From the NCBI GenBank assembly GCA_016195685.1, contig JACPZE010000020.1:85725-149724 (forward strand): a stretch of 64,000 bases of DNA, given 5' to 3'. Origin of the DNA: Candidatus Gottesmanbacteria bacterium (lineage in GTDB: Bacteria; Patescibacteriota; Microgenomatia; 2-02-FULL-39-11). Under the pieces are notes generated by a model, which saw only the letters and a program-made list of their open reading frames with translations, was not told the origin of the DNA and did not search any database. Position 1 is the first letter of the stretch; every line of letters starts with the position of its first letter. Below, one piece after another: positions 49,019 to 58,218 of the stretch. A program made the translations under genes and the position numbers.

Positions 49019-49770
49019 ATACTATTTCTGTAGCCCTAGCCACTTTTAATGAAGAGAAGAATATCATCAAATGTTTGGAAAGTGTAAAAGATTGGGTTGA
49101 TGAAATAGTTATAGTTGATGGTTCATCGACTGATAAAACAGTTGAAATTGCTAAGAAATTTAAAGCAAAAATACTAGTTACCGATAACCCTCCTATCTTT
49201 CATATCAACAAGCAAAAAGCCATAGATTTATGCAGAAATGATTGGATTTTACAACTTGATGCTGACGAGGTTATCAAGGAAGAACTTAAAAAAGAGATTT
49301 TAAGAGTTATAATCAATAAACAAATAAATGGCTATTGGATTCCCAGGAAAAACTACTTTCTCGGTAGATGGTTATCCAAGGGAGGCCAATATCCCGATTA
49401 CACGTTGAGGTTGTATAAAAAGGGTAAAGGAAGGTTGCCGTGTAAAAGCGTGCATGAACAGGCACATGTAGAAGGAGAAACTAAGTATCTTAAAAGTCCG
49501 CTCTTACATTACCCTTACCCTGATTTTTCCCACTATTTGGATCATTTCAAAAGATATACTGATATTTTCTCGTCTGAATTAAAACAGGAAAAAGTGGAGA
49601 TCAATTTTATTAATTCTATACAATATATATTTATTAAACCTTCTTTATGGTTTTTAAAAACCTATATTAGACATAAGGGAATCGTAGATGGATTTCCTGG
49701 ATTGATATTTTGTTTTTTTTCTGCAATAAGGTTTCCAGTCGCATATTTGAAATATTGGAAAGGAAAATAA
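49015..49770 (+). CDS. GT2 glycosyltransferase (paralog of 22857 and 24681)
   Basis: ISVALATFNEEKNIIKCLESVKDWVDEIVIVDGSSTDKTVEIAKK ... LDADEVI. Confidence 0.7.
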   Translation: MNTISVALATFNEEKNIIKCLESVKDWVDEIVIVDGSSTDKTVEIAKKFKAKILVTDNPPIFHINKQKAIDLCRNDWILQLDADEVIKEELKKEILRVIINKQINGYWIPRKNYFLGRWLSKGGQYPDYTLRLYKKGKGRLPCKSVHEQAHVEGETKYLKSPLLHYPYPDFSHYLDHFKRYTDIFSSELKQEKVEINFINSIQYIFIKPSLWFLKTYIRHKGIVDGFPGLIFCFFSAIRFPVAYLKYWKGK

Positions 49771-49782
49771 TTTTAGGATAAT

Positions 49783-50838
49783 ATGGTTTTCTCTAAAAAA
49801 ATAAATGTAGCAATCGTAATCCCACCAATATCTGGTCATAAATTGCGTGGTGTTGGTGTTTACTCAGAAGAGTTATATAAAGCTATTAATAAGGATGGTA
49901 GAGTAAATATCGAAAAGGTAGAACTTAAAAAAGATATCTCAAGATTTGATGTAGTTCATTATCCTTACTTTGACCCTTTCTTCCTCACGCTCCCCGTTTT
50001 TAAAATTCGACCTACTATAGTAACAGTGCATGATTTGATACCTTTTAAATATCCTAGTCAATTTCCAAAAGGAGTAAAAGGAGAATTAAAATGGCTAATT
50101 CAAAAATATTCTTTACAAAACTCATCCGCCATAATTACAGATTCATATACCTCAAAAAAAGATATTATTCATTACGGGCGGATAGATGAGGAGAAAGTTA
50201 ATATCATTTATCTTGGGGTAAGAAAAGAGTTTAAGTTATTGAAATCAACGAGTATTCTTAATCAAATCAGAAAAAAATATAATTTACCAAGCAATTTTAT
50301 ACTTTACGTAGGGGATGTTAATTACAACAAAAATATTACAGGTATTATCAGAACGTTTGCAAAAATTGTTAACAATCTTCAATCCCTAGGTTTAGTATTA
50401 GTAGGAAATGGGTTTATAAATAATTCATTACAATTATCAGAGATCCTTACCTTAATTTCAGAATTAGGGTTGAATAAAAAAATATTACGATTGGGATATG
50501 TAGAAATACACGATCTAGCAGCAATTTACAATTTAGCAAAAATCTACCTGCAGCCATCTTTTGCAGAAGGATTCGGTTTACCAATTGTTGAGGCAATGGC
50601 TTGTGGATGTCCAGTTATTGTGAGTAATACTTCCAGTTTGCCTGAAATAACCCACGATGCGGCGACTTTGGTTAACCCAGCTAATATAGATGATATTGTG
50701 AATGCCGTTATAAAGGTTGTTAAAGGCAAAATTTTAAGAGAAGAATTTATTCAAAAAGGGTTAGAAAGAGTGAAATTATTTACTTGGGATAATTGTGCTA
50801 GTCAAACAATAAAAGTATATAAAGAAGTTTTACGATGA
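49783..50838 (+). CDS. GT4 glycosyltransferase
   Basis: C-terminal FAEGFGLPIVEAMACGCPVIVSNTSSLPEI (GT4 EX7E region). Confidence 0.7.
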   Translation: MVFSKKINVAIVIPPISGHKLRGVGVYSEELYKAINKDGRVNIEKVELKKDISRFDVVHYPYFDPFFLTLPVFKIRPTIVTVHDLIPFKYPSQFPKGVKGELKWLIQKYSLQNSSAIITDSYTSKKDIIHYGRIDEEKVNIIYLGVRKEFKLLKSTSILNQIRKKYNLPSNFILYVGDVNYNKNITGIIRTFAKIVNNLQSLGLVLVGNGFINNSLQLSEILTLISELGLNKKILRLGYVEIHDLAAIYNLAKIYLQPSFAEGFGLPIVEAMACGCPVIVSNTSSLPEITHDAATLVNPANIDDIVNAVIKVVKGKILREEFIQKGLERVKLFTWDNCASQTIKVYKEVLR

Positions 50839-51959
50839 ATTTATTTGTATTTGCCGTTTTTATTATATGGAGAGTATGGCTTTTTTTTGTTGCCGCAGTA
50901 GGAGAAAAAATACTAGCATTTACTCCCAGATTTCCTTATTCGGATGTGTACTTCATTCCGTCGCATTTACCCAGTTGGTTATGGGGCTTTGCAAATTTCG
51001 ATGGAGTACATTATCTAACAATAGCTAAATTTGGTTATTCTGCTCAATTTACTCAAGTTTTTTTTCCACTTTATCCGATGATGGTAGGATTTATTAACCA
51101 GTTATTACAAAAGGTAAATCCGGTTATAATTGGTTTGTTAATCTCGAATTTATTATTCTTTCTGAGTTTACTGATCTTAACAAAATTATTATCACTGGAT
51201 TATAAAGTGGATACAATTAAATGGATTTTACTATTCCTAATTTTTTTTCCCACTTCTTTTTTCTTCGGAAGCCTTTATACGGAAAGCTTATTTTTATTTT
51301 TGATCCTTACTGCATTTTATGCGGCGCGTAAAAATCAATGGTTAGCAGCTTCAATTTTTGGCGTTTTGGCATCCTCCACCAAATTTATTGGCATATTTCT
51401 TCTGCCGGCATTACTGTGGGAATGGCAGGAACAAAAAAGAAAAAAAATCACTACAATTTTCCGTTCGCCGCTTTCCTTAATTCCGGTGGGATTATTATCA
51501 TATATGCTTTATCTACAGGTAAAATTTGGTGATTGGCTTTATTTCTGGCATGCCCAGCCTGTATTTGGTGCCCAGAGAAGTGGAGGAGGAGTAATTTTAA
51601 TACCTCAGGTTTTGTGGCGCTATATGAAAATATTGACCAGCGTTTCCTATAAAACCGAGGCTTTTTGGATACCACTTTTAGAGCTGATTTCAACTTTGGG
51701 AGTAATCACTTTGCTAATTATGGCCTTTAAGAAAAAAATAAGATCGTCATACTTAGTTTTTTCGTTTCTTACAATCATTACGCCTACCTTTACTGGGACC
51801 TTCTCGAGTATGCCTAGGTATATTTTGGTAGCATTTCCTATATTTATTGTCCTTGGTATGTTAAAATCAAGGCTAATTAAAGGCATTTTTCTGGCTATAT
51901 TTTCGGTGTTACTTCTTGTTTTAACAATACTTTTTACCAGAGGACATTGGGTATCATAA
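50835..51959 (+). CDS. PIG-V/GT76-like mannosyltransferase-family polytopic membrane protein
   Basis: FANFDGVHYLTIAKFGY...QVFFPLYP matches the W/FDg.hYl.IA..GY...aFFPL signature of GPI mannosyltransferase 2 (PIG-V) homologs. About 9 TM helices. Confidence 0.5.
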   Translation: MNLFVFAVFIIWRVWLFFVAAVGEKILAFTPRFPYSDVYFIPSHLPSWLWGFANFDGVHYLTIAKFGYSAQFTQVFFPLYPMMVGFINQLLQKVNPVIIGLLISNLLFFLSLLILTKLLSLDYKVDTIKWILLFLIFFPTSFFFGSLYTESLFLFLILTAFYAARKNQWLAASIFGVLASSTKFIGIFLLPALLWEWQEQKRKKITTIFRSPLSLIPVGLLSYMLYLQVKFGDWLYFWHAQPVFGAQRSGGGVILIPQVLWRYMKILTSVSYKTEAFWIPLLELISTLGVITLLIMAFKKKIRSSYLVFSFLTIITPTFTGTFSSMPRYILVAFPIFIVLGMLKSRLIKGIFLAIFSVLLLVLTILFTRGHWVS

Positions 51960-51965
51960 ATATTC

Positions 51966-52646
51966 ATGAAACTACTTATTGGCATACCCGCTTATAATGA
52001 AGAACTGATGATAGGTAATGTTATCGAATCATTGCCGAAGAGAATTCCTGACTTTGAAAAAGTTGACATACTTGTAGTTGATGATGGTTCTTCCGATAAC
52101 ACACGTAAAGTTGCAAAAGATTGTAAAGCAATAGTTTTATCACATATAATAAATCGTGGCCTTGGGGCAGCTCTAAAAACCATTCTTGCTTATGCGAAAA
52201 TTAATGATTACGATATTTTAATTACCTTTGATGCGGATGGTCAGCATAACCCAAAATATATTAAAAGGATACTAGAATCTATACTTGATCATAAAGCTAA
52301 CATTGTAATCGGAAGTAGATGGAAAGACATAAATGATGCACCACGGAGTCGGATAATTGTTAATCAAATAGCTAATATAATTACTTTTTTACTTTTTGGA
52401 GTTAAAACTTCTGATTCACAATCTGGACTCAGAGTACTAGATAAAAAATCAATTACAAATATTAAATTATTTTCTGATGGCATGGAAGTATCGAGTGAGT
52501 TTTTCAAGGAAATTTATAGAAATAAATTGATTTATAAAGAAGTTAAAATCGATGCAATTTATACGAAATATTCTATTGCCAAAGGTCAGCAATTAACCAA
52601 TGCGCCTAGTATTTTATTAAATTTAATATTAAGATTACTAAGATAA
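51966..52646 (+). CDS. GT2 polyprenol-phosphate sugar synthase-like glycosyltransferase (DPM1/GtrB-like)
   Basis: LLIGIPAYNEELMIGNVIESL ... ILVVDDGSSDNT ... FDADGQH ... GSRW. Confidence 0.7.
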   Translation: MKLLIGIPAYNEELMIGNVIESLPKRIPDFEKVDILVVDDGSSDNTRKVAKDCKAIVLSHIINRGLGAALKTILAYAKINDYDILITFDADGQHNPKYIKRILESILDHKANIVIGSRWKDINDAPRSRIIVNQIANIITFLLFGVKTSDSQSGLRVLDKKSITNIKLFSDGMEVSSEFFKEIYRNKLIYKEVKIDAIYTKYSIAKGQQLTNAPSILLNLILRLLR

Positions 52647-52651
52647 ATAAT

Positions 52652-53014
52652 ATGAGCTTGACTCTGACGCAAATACTTCTGACTTTATTTTTAATATTTG
52701 CTATAAGTAGGGTAGTACTACGGTTTAAAGATGGAGAGGTGTCATGGTTGGCTCTTTTATTCTGGGTTACCCTTTTTAGTTTAGCTATCATTGCAATCTT
52801 ATTGCCACAAATTACAAGTGAATTAGCATGGATTTTAGGGGTAGGTAGGGGAGCAGATGCGGTAATTTATATATCCATAGTCTTGCTTTTTTATTTAGTT
52901 TTTCGCCTTTATGTATATCTTGGCGATTTAAGACACGATATTACCGAATTAATAAAAGAAATTGCATTAAAAGATCTACCCAAACGACATGACAAGAAAA
53001 CTTCCAAAGATTAG
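52652..53014 (+). CDS. Small 3-4-TM membrane protein, DUF2304-like (companion of GT2 polyprenol-P sugar synthases)
   Basis: 120 aa and hydrophobic. C-terminal amphipathic tail LYVYLGDLRHDITELIKEI. Sits immediately downstream of a DPM1-like GT2, the usual context of DUF2304 proteins. Confidence 0.45.
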   Translation: MSLTLTQILLTLFLIFAISRVVLRFKDGEVSWLALLFWVTLFSLAIIAILLPQITSELAWILGVGRGADAVIYISIVLLFYLVFRLYVYLGDLRHDITELIKEIALKDLPKRHDKKTSKD

Positions 53015-53792
53015 TGTCATTACTCCTTCATATAATCAGGGGAAATTTATCCAACAAACCATAGAATCTGTCCTTTCCCAAAACTATCCAAATATTGAAT
53101 ATGTAGTTATGGATGGAGGATCTAAGGATCAGACAATAAAAATATTGGAAAAATATAAAGATAAACTTAGTTGGATTTCAGAAAAAGACAAAGGTCAGTC
53201 AGATGCTATAAATAAAGGACTAAAAACAACTTCAGGAGAAATTGTTGCTTATATCAATTCAGATGATTATTACATACCTGGAAGTTTTCTTACAGTTGGG
53301 AAATTTTTTTCAGAAAATAAGGATGCTTATTGGCTGACCGGAAAATGTAAAATCGTTGATGAAGATGGACTTGAAGTAAGAGGAGTAGTCACTTTTTATA
53401 AAGATTTGTTCTTGAAATATTTAAGATTTAAAAATATTTTATATATCGTTCAGTTTATATCACAGCCGGCAACTTTTTGGCGAAGGGAATTACTTGATCA
53501 AATAGGATTTTTTGAAGAGAGACTCGATTATGATATGGATTATGATTATTGGTTAAAGATCTGGCAAAAATATAAATTGTATTATTTGGATGAATATTTA
53601 GCTTCCTATAGAGTACATAATTTGTCGAAAGCCGTAGTTTCAGCAAAGACGCAGTTTGAAACAGCTTACAAAATCACCAAGAGATATACCCGCTCTAAAT
53701 TAATTTTGGTATTACATCAAATGCATGCTAAGCTTGCCCAGGTTATCTATAGAAAATTTTGGATAAAAAATGAAAAGAATACTTACACATGA
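52989..53792 (+). CDS. GT2 glycosyltransferase
   Basis: ISVITPSYNQGKFIQQTIESVLSQNYPNIEYVVMDGGSKDQT ... INSDDYY. Confidence 0.7.
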   Translation: MTRKLPKISVITPSYNQGKFIQQTIESVLSQNYPNIEYVVMDGGSKDQTIKILEKYKDKLSWISEKDKGQSDAINKGLKTTSGEIVAYINSDDYYIPGSFLTVGKFFSENKDAYWLTGKCKIVDEDGLEVRGVVTFYKDLFLKYLRFKNILYIVQFISQPATFWRRELLDQIGFFEERLDYDMDYDYWLKIWQKYKLYYLDEYLASYRVHNLSKAVVSAKTQFETAYKITKRYTRSKLILVLHQMHAKLAQVIYRKFWIKNEKNTYT

Positions 53793-55291
53793 AAAAGATA
53801 AGATATCTATTTATTTCACTGGTTATTATGAGTCTGCCTTTCAGGCTTTACCATCTGAATTATCCGCTCTTAGATGCAACTAATTTTAGACAAACTCAGA
53901 CAGCTACGATAGCCTTGAACTTTTATAAATACGGTATTAACTTATTTGGTTCGCAACTTGATATATTTGGCATAGGAAAAGAAAAATATCTTACCTTAGA
54001 ATTTCCTTTATATGAAGCAGTAGTGGCATCTTTATATAAAATTGGTTTTAGTGAGGTATGGGGAAGGGTTGTTTCGATAATTGCGGGATTTGTTGGCGCA
54101 TATTTTTTATTTAAACTTACTTTATTGATACTTGATACTTGGAAAGTAGCGTACTTTTCCGCTTTCTTCTTTTTATTTGCCCCATTGAATATGTTTTATG
54201 AGCGTACCTTTATGATCGAGCCTACATTGATAGCGTGTCTCCTTGCTGGTCTATACTATTTTTGTTTGTGGAACGAAAAGCAAAATAAAATTCACTTAGT
54301 TTTCTCAATTATTTTTTTAACATTTGGTTTTATCCAAAAAGCCTTATACGGGCCATTCTGGCTTCTTCCTATATTGGCATATTTTATAAGAAAAAAAACT
54401 TCACGCTTCCATAAGTTTTTTAAATTTATCTTATTTGCAGCTATCCCGTTGATTATATTGATAGTTTGGCAGGAATATGCAAATTATATAAATACTCAAA
54501 ATGGGCATGAATACTTTACTTCTGGTAATATCAAACAATTAATATGGAATTTTGGCCTGCTGGAGGATAGATTTTCATTCTCGATGTGGCAGCCGCGTCT
54601 CCAGCAGTTAGTTGATGGAATTTTTCTTAAACCGGGACTTATTATTTTTCTCTTAGGTTTGGTAAGTGGACTTTATTTGAAAAATACTCGTTTCTTTTAT
54701 GCATGGATCGCCTCGCAAATACTATATTTCTTAATTGTATTCAGAATTCAATCCCATAATTATTATCAGATGATAATGATCCCAGCAGCTTCGGTGTTTA
54801 TGTCGATAGGCTTAATAAAATTATCTGATTGGATATCTTTGGGACTTCGAGAATTGAAATTTAATCATATAAACACAAAACACACGAAAACTGTCTTTTT
54901 GACTTTATTTTGCGCATTTTTTATTTTGAGATCATGGATGCATACTAGATGGGATTTTTATCTAGATTGGAAATGGTATAACAGATTATTATTAGTAGGG
55001 AAATCTGTACACCCAAATAAATATGGGATACTTATCAACCCGGGGTATGATTGGAATTCTAGTTATACCTACTACCCACGTCTCAAAGCATTACTTGTAT
55101 CGGTTGAAGATGTTTCGCCTGCAAGTATAGGGAAATTGCAACAGACTGGATATTCATACTTGATACTTCATGATGATACTCAATATCCAGGCTATCTAAA
55201 GGGGATCAATCGTGAGGTTAGCTTGGATTTTTTACAAAAATACAAGCAGGTTTTGAATCTTGAAGATTTTAAGGTATACCTTTTCAAATAG
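53789..55291 (+). CDS. Polytopic membrane protein, ArnT/GT39-like GT-C glycosyltransferase candidate
   Basis: About 12 TM helices. First loop LDATNFRQTQTATIALNFYKYG...LEFPLYEAVVASLYKIGFSEVWGRVVSIIAGFV resembles ArnT-family architecture. C-terminal soluble domain. Confidence 0.5.
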   Translation: MKKIRYLFISLVIMSLPFRLYHLNYPLLDATNFRQTQTATIALNFYKYGINLFGSQLDIFGIGKEKYLTLEFPLYEAVVASLYKIGFSEVWGRVVSIIAGFVGAYFLFKLTLLILDTWKVAYFSAFFFLFAPLNMFYERTFMIEPTLIACLLAGLYYFCLWNEKQNKIHLVFSIIFLTFGFIQKALYGPFWLLPILAYFIRKKTSRFHKFFKFILFAAIPLIILIVWQEYANYINTQNGHEYFTSGNIKQLIWNFGLLEDRFSFSMWQPRLQQLVDGIFLKPGLIIFLLGLVSGLYLKNTRFFYAWIASQILYFLIVFRIQSHNYYQMIMIPAASVFMSIGLIKLSDWISLGLRELKFNHINTKHTKTVFLTLFCAFFILRSWMHTRWDFYLDWKWYNRLLLVGKSVHPNKYGILINPGYDWNSSYTYYPRLKALLVSVEDVSPASIGKLQQTGYSYLILHDDTQYPGYLKGINREVSLDFLQKYKQVLNLEDFKVYLFK

Positions 55292-55317
55292 TCTAAAAAT
55301 CGATATAATCTACATTT

Positions 55318-56340
55318 ATGATAAATACAAAATTCTGGAGCAAGAAAAAAGTTCTGGTTACCGGAGTTTCTTTTATTGGCTCACATCTTGTTGACAGATT
55401 GGTTGAGATGAATGCGGATATTACGGTAGTTAATCTTACCCGTAAGCATATTTCAAATATAAAAAGGCATATAGATAAAAAAAGAATTAAATTTTATACT
55501 CGTGATCTTCGTGATTTAGAGAATGCAAAGAAAAGCGTCAAGGGTCAAGATTTGGTTTTTCATCTAGCATGTGATCATGGAGGGAGGGGATATGTAGAGC
55601 TTCATCAGGGTGCAACAGCTTCAAATTTTCTTCTTGACGGATCAGTTTTTTATGCGGCTTTAAATGAGGGCGTTAAGAAAGTAATTTTTGCTTCATCTGG
55701 TTGTGTTTATCCAAATTCTTTACAAACAAATCCTAAAGAAACAATTTATTTAAAAGAAGATCTGGTTAAACCTCCATATGATTCCGATAATATGTATGGT
55801 TGGGGCAAACTAATGGGAGAATTAACATTACAGGCATACTATAAGGATTTTGGATTAAAATCAGCAGTGTGTAGGTATTTCACTGTTTTCGGGGAAAGAG
55901 GAATTGAAAACCATGCAGTGATAGCTATGATTGCTCGTGCTTTTGTTAAACAGAACCCTTTTGATGTTTGGGGGACAGGAGAACAGATTAGAAACTGGAC
56001 TTATGTTGGGGATATTGTGGACGGTACCCTTTTGGCGGCAGAAAAAATAAGCGATTCTACCGCCGTGAACCTAGGAACAATGGAACGTACAAGAGTGTTA
56101 GACGCAGTTGAAGAAGTTCTAAAATATACAGGTCATCGTGCAAAAATTGTACCACATCCCGAGATGCCTACAGGTCCCTACAACAGAGTAGCTGATAATT
56201 CAAAAGCTGAGAAACTGCTTGAATGGACACCAAAAGTAAAATTTATGGATGGATTACATAAAACCATAGACTGGTATTTTAAAACAAAAGATAGACAATT
56301 TGTTTCTAAACAACTTGCTAAACTTCTTACAGAAAGATGA
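55318..56340 (+). CDS. NAD-dependent epimerase/dehydratase (extended SDR)
   Basis: VLVTGVSFIGSHLVDRL, where the middle Gly of GxxGxxG is replaced by Ser. Catalytic ASSGCVYP and YGWGK (YxxxK). Confidence 0.65.
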   Translation: MINTKFWSKKKVLVTGVSFIGSHLVDRLVEMNADITVVNLTRKHISNIKRHIDKKRIKFYTRDLRDLENAKKSVKGQDLVFHLACDHGGRGYVELHQGATASNFLLDGSVFYAALNEGVKKVIFASSGCVYPNSLQTNPKETIYLKEDLVKPPYDSDNMYGWGKLMGELTLQAYYKDFGLKSAVCRYFTVFGERGIENHAVIAMIARAFVKQNPFDVWGTGEQIRNWTYVGDIVDGTLLAAEKISDSTAVNLGTMERTRVLDAVEEVLKYTGHRAKIVPHPEMPTGPYNRVADNSKAEKLLEWTPKVKFMDGLHKTIDWYFKTKDRQFVSKQLAKLLTER

Positions 56341-56353
56341 TTTTCTTAGCACT

Positions 56354-56373
56354 TATTTAATATTTATTAAATA
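56354..56373. repeat. Perfect 9-bp-arm inverted repeat TATTTAATA-tt-TATTAAATA in the 43-bp gap upstream of the acetyltransferase gene
   Basis: Read directly from the sequence at 56354-56373. Candidate dimeric-regulator operator; the 2-nt spacer is too short for a stable RNA hairpin loop. Confidence 0.3.
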
Positions 56374-56383
56374 GCAATAGTTA

Positions 56384-57013
56384 ATGTTTAAAATACTTCA
56401 TGATTCTTTAGCAACGCCATGGAAGGTATCCAACGAAATTTTCAGGGTACTAATTTACCCATTGGTCCGTTTCAAATTTGCTCTTTCTGGTGCTGGATGG
56501 GGTAAAGGTTGGAAAATATATGGTATGCCAAATTTGCAAATTACAAGAGGTGCAAAGTTGTCAATCGGAGAGGGTTTACAATTACGATCGTGGATATCAA
56601 GTAATCCGTTGGGGTCAAATCACCCAGTAATAATTAGCATAAGAAGACATAATGCTAGAATTACTATTGGGAATAAATTTGGTATGTCGGGAGGATCTAT
56701 AGTTTCAGAAAAAAGTATAAAAATTGGAAATAGAGTACTAGTTGGAGCAAATTGTATTATTATTGATTCTGATTTTCATCCTTTGGACTATCAAAATCGC
56801 GCCAATCCTGAAAATTCCGGAAAAGTATTATCAGTAATTATAGAAGATGACGTATTTATAGGCATGGAAACAATTATTTTAAAAGGTACACATATTGGAG
56901 CCCGTAGTGTTATAGGTGCTGGTAGTGTGGTCTCTGGGAAAGTACCCGCTGATGTCTTAGCAGCAGGTAATCCCATCAAAATTATAAGAAAATTGGATAC
57001 TGCCTCAAAATGA
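56384..57013 (+). CDS. Left-handed beta-helix (hexapeptide-repeat) sugar O-/N-acetyltransferase
   Basis: Imperfect hexapeptide repeats IGNRVLVGANCIIIDSDFH...VIIEDDVFIGMETIILKGTHIGARSVIGAGSVVSGKVPADVLAAGNP, typical of MAT/LacA-like acetyltransferases. Confidence 0.7.
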   Translation: MFKILHDSLATPWKVSNEIFRVLIYPLVRFKFALSGAGWGKGWKIYGMPNLQITRGAKLSIGEGLQLRSWISSNPLGSNHPVIISIRRHNARITIGNKFGMSGGSIVSEKSIKIGNRVLVGANCIIIDSDFHPLDYQNRANPENSGKVLSVIIEDDVFIGMETIILKGTHIGARSVIGAGSVVSGKVPADVLAAGNPIKIIRKLDTASK

Positions 57014-57039
57014 AACCTAAAAATTAAATTCTATTAAAT

Positions 57040-58218
57040 GTGTTATACAATATTTTACATGTTATTCCTTATTTTGCGCCCGCTTGGGGTTTTGGAGGCC
57101 CAGTTAGGATTTCCTGGGATTTAGCGAAGAAATCTTCCTCTGTTGGTCATAAAGTAACTGTCTTTACAACTACAATATCAGATGGAAAAACAAAAGAATT
57201 TGCTTCAGGAGAAGAATTTATTAACAATATTAGAGTGGTAAGATTTCCCAACGATAATAACTGGGCAGCGAGCCAAAAAATATGGAATCCAAAAGGATTA
57301 TCTGAGCAGCTAAATAAAGAGATAAAACAATTCGATCTTATATGTCTTCATGAATACAGAACATTGCTAAATGTCCAGGTTAGTAAATTAGCTCTACAAA
57401 ATAAGACTCCCTATTTTTTATTTGCATATGGCACTATACCCAGAGGAGACGGTTGGAAAGTATTGGCTAAATTTTTATTTGATAAATGCTGGGGTTATAA
57501 AATGATTAAAAATGCCAACCGAGTATTTGCGCAAACAACAAATGAGAAGTCAGAATATCGCAAATCTGGTGTCTCTCCCCAAAAAATAAGTATGTTTCCA
57601 CTAATGGTGAATTTAGATGAATTTAAGATCTTGCCAACAAAAAAATATGCAAGGGAAAAGTTTAATTTTTCTCAGAAAGATTTCGTTATATTATTTTTAG
57701 GGAGACTTCATAAGTATAAAGGTATAGAGTTAATTATACGTGCTGTAGAGGGGCTAAAAAATAAAATTCCTAATTTAAAATTATTAATAGTGGGTAATGA
57801 TGAAGGATATCTTCCGATAATCAAACAGGTTATTAAGAAAAAAAATCTTGGCGCTTTTATAAAAATTTCTCCACCTTTATACGAAAAGGAAAGACTATTT
57901 GCATATTGTGCGTCAGATTTGTTTGTTTTGACTCCTTATTTCTATGAAGAAACTTCACTTGCAGCTTTAGAGGCACTTGCCTGTGGAATACCGGTTATAG
58001 TCACAAAGCAAGCAGAAATTCCTCACCTTGTCCAATATCATGCAGGATATATTATCAAACATGATGAAGATATATTAATCGAGAATATTAATTATTTCTA
58101 CGAAAATAAAAAACATATGCACTTTTGGAGTCTGAATGCCAAAAAGCTTATAAAACAAAAATATAATCTTGGCCACTTGTATTATCAATTTGAGCAATAT
58201 ATCCAAAGCATTTTATGA
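57040..58218 (+). CDS. GT4 glycosyltransferase
   Basis: YEETSLAALEALACGIPVIVTKQAEIPHLV (GT4 C-terminal nucleotide-sugar binding region). Confidence 0.7.
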   Translation: MLYNILHVIPYFAPAWGFGGPVRISWDLAKKSSSVGHKVTVFTTTISDGKTKEFASGEEFINNIRVVRFPNDNNWAASQKIWNPKGLSEQLNKEIKQFDLICLHEYRTLLNVQVSKLALQNKTPYFLFAYGTIPRGDGWKVLAKFLFDKCWGYKMIKNANRVFAQTTNEKSEYRKSGVSPQKISMFPLMVNLDEFKILPTKKYAREKFNFSQKDFVILFLGRLHKYKGIELIIRAVEGLKNKIPNLKLLIVGNDEGYLPIIKQVIKKKNLGAFIKISPPLYEKERLFAYCASDLFVLTPYFYEETSLAALEALACGIPVIVTKQAEIPHLVQYHAGYIIKHDEDILIENINYFYENKKHMHFWSLNAKKLIKQKYNLGHLYYQFEQYIQSIL

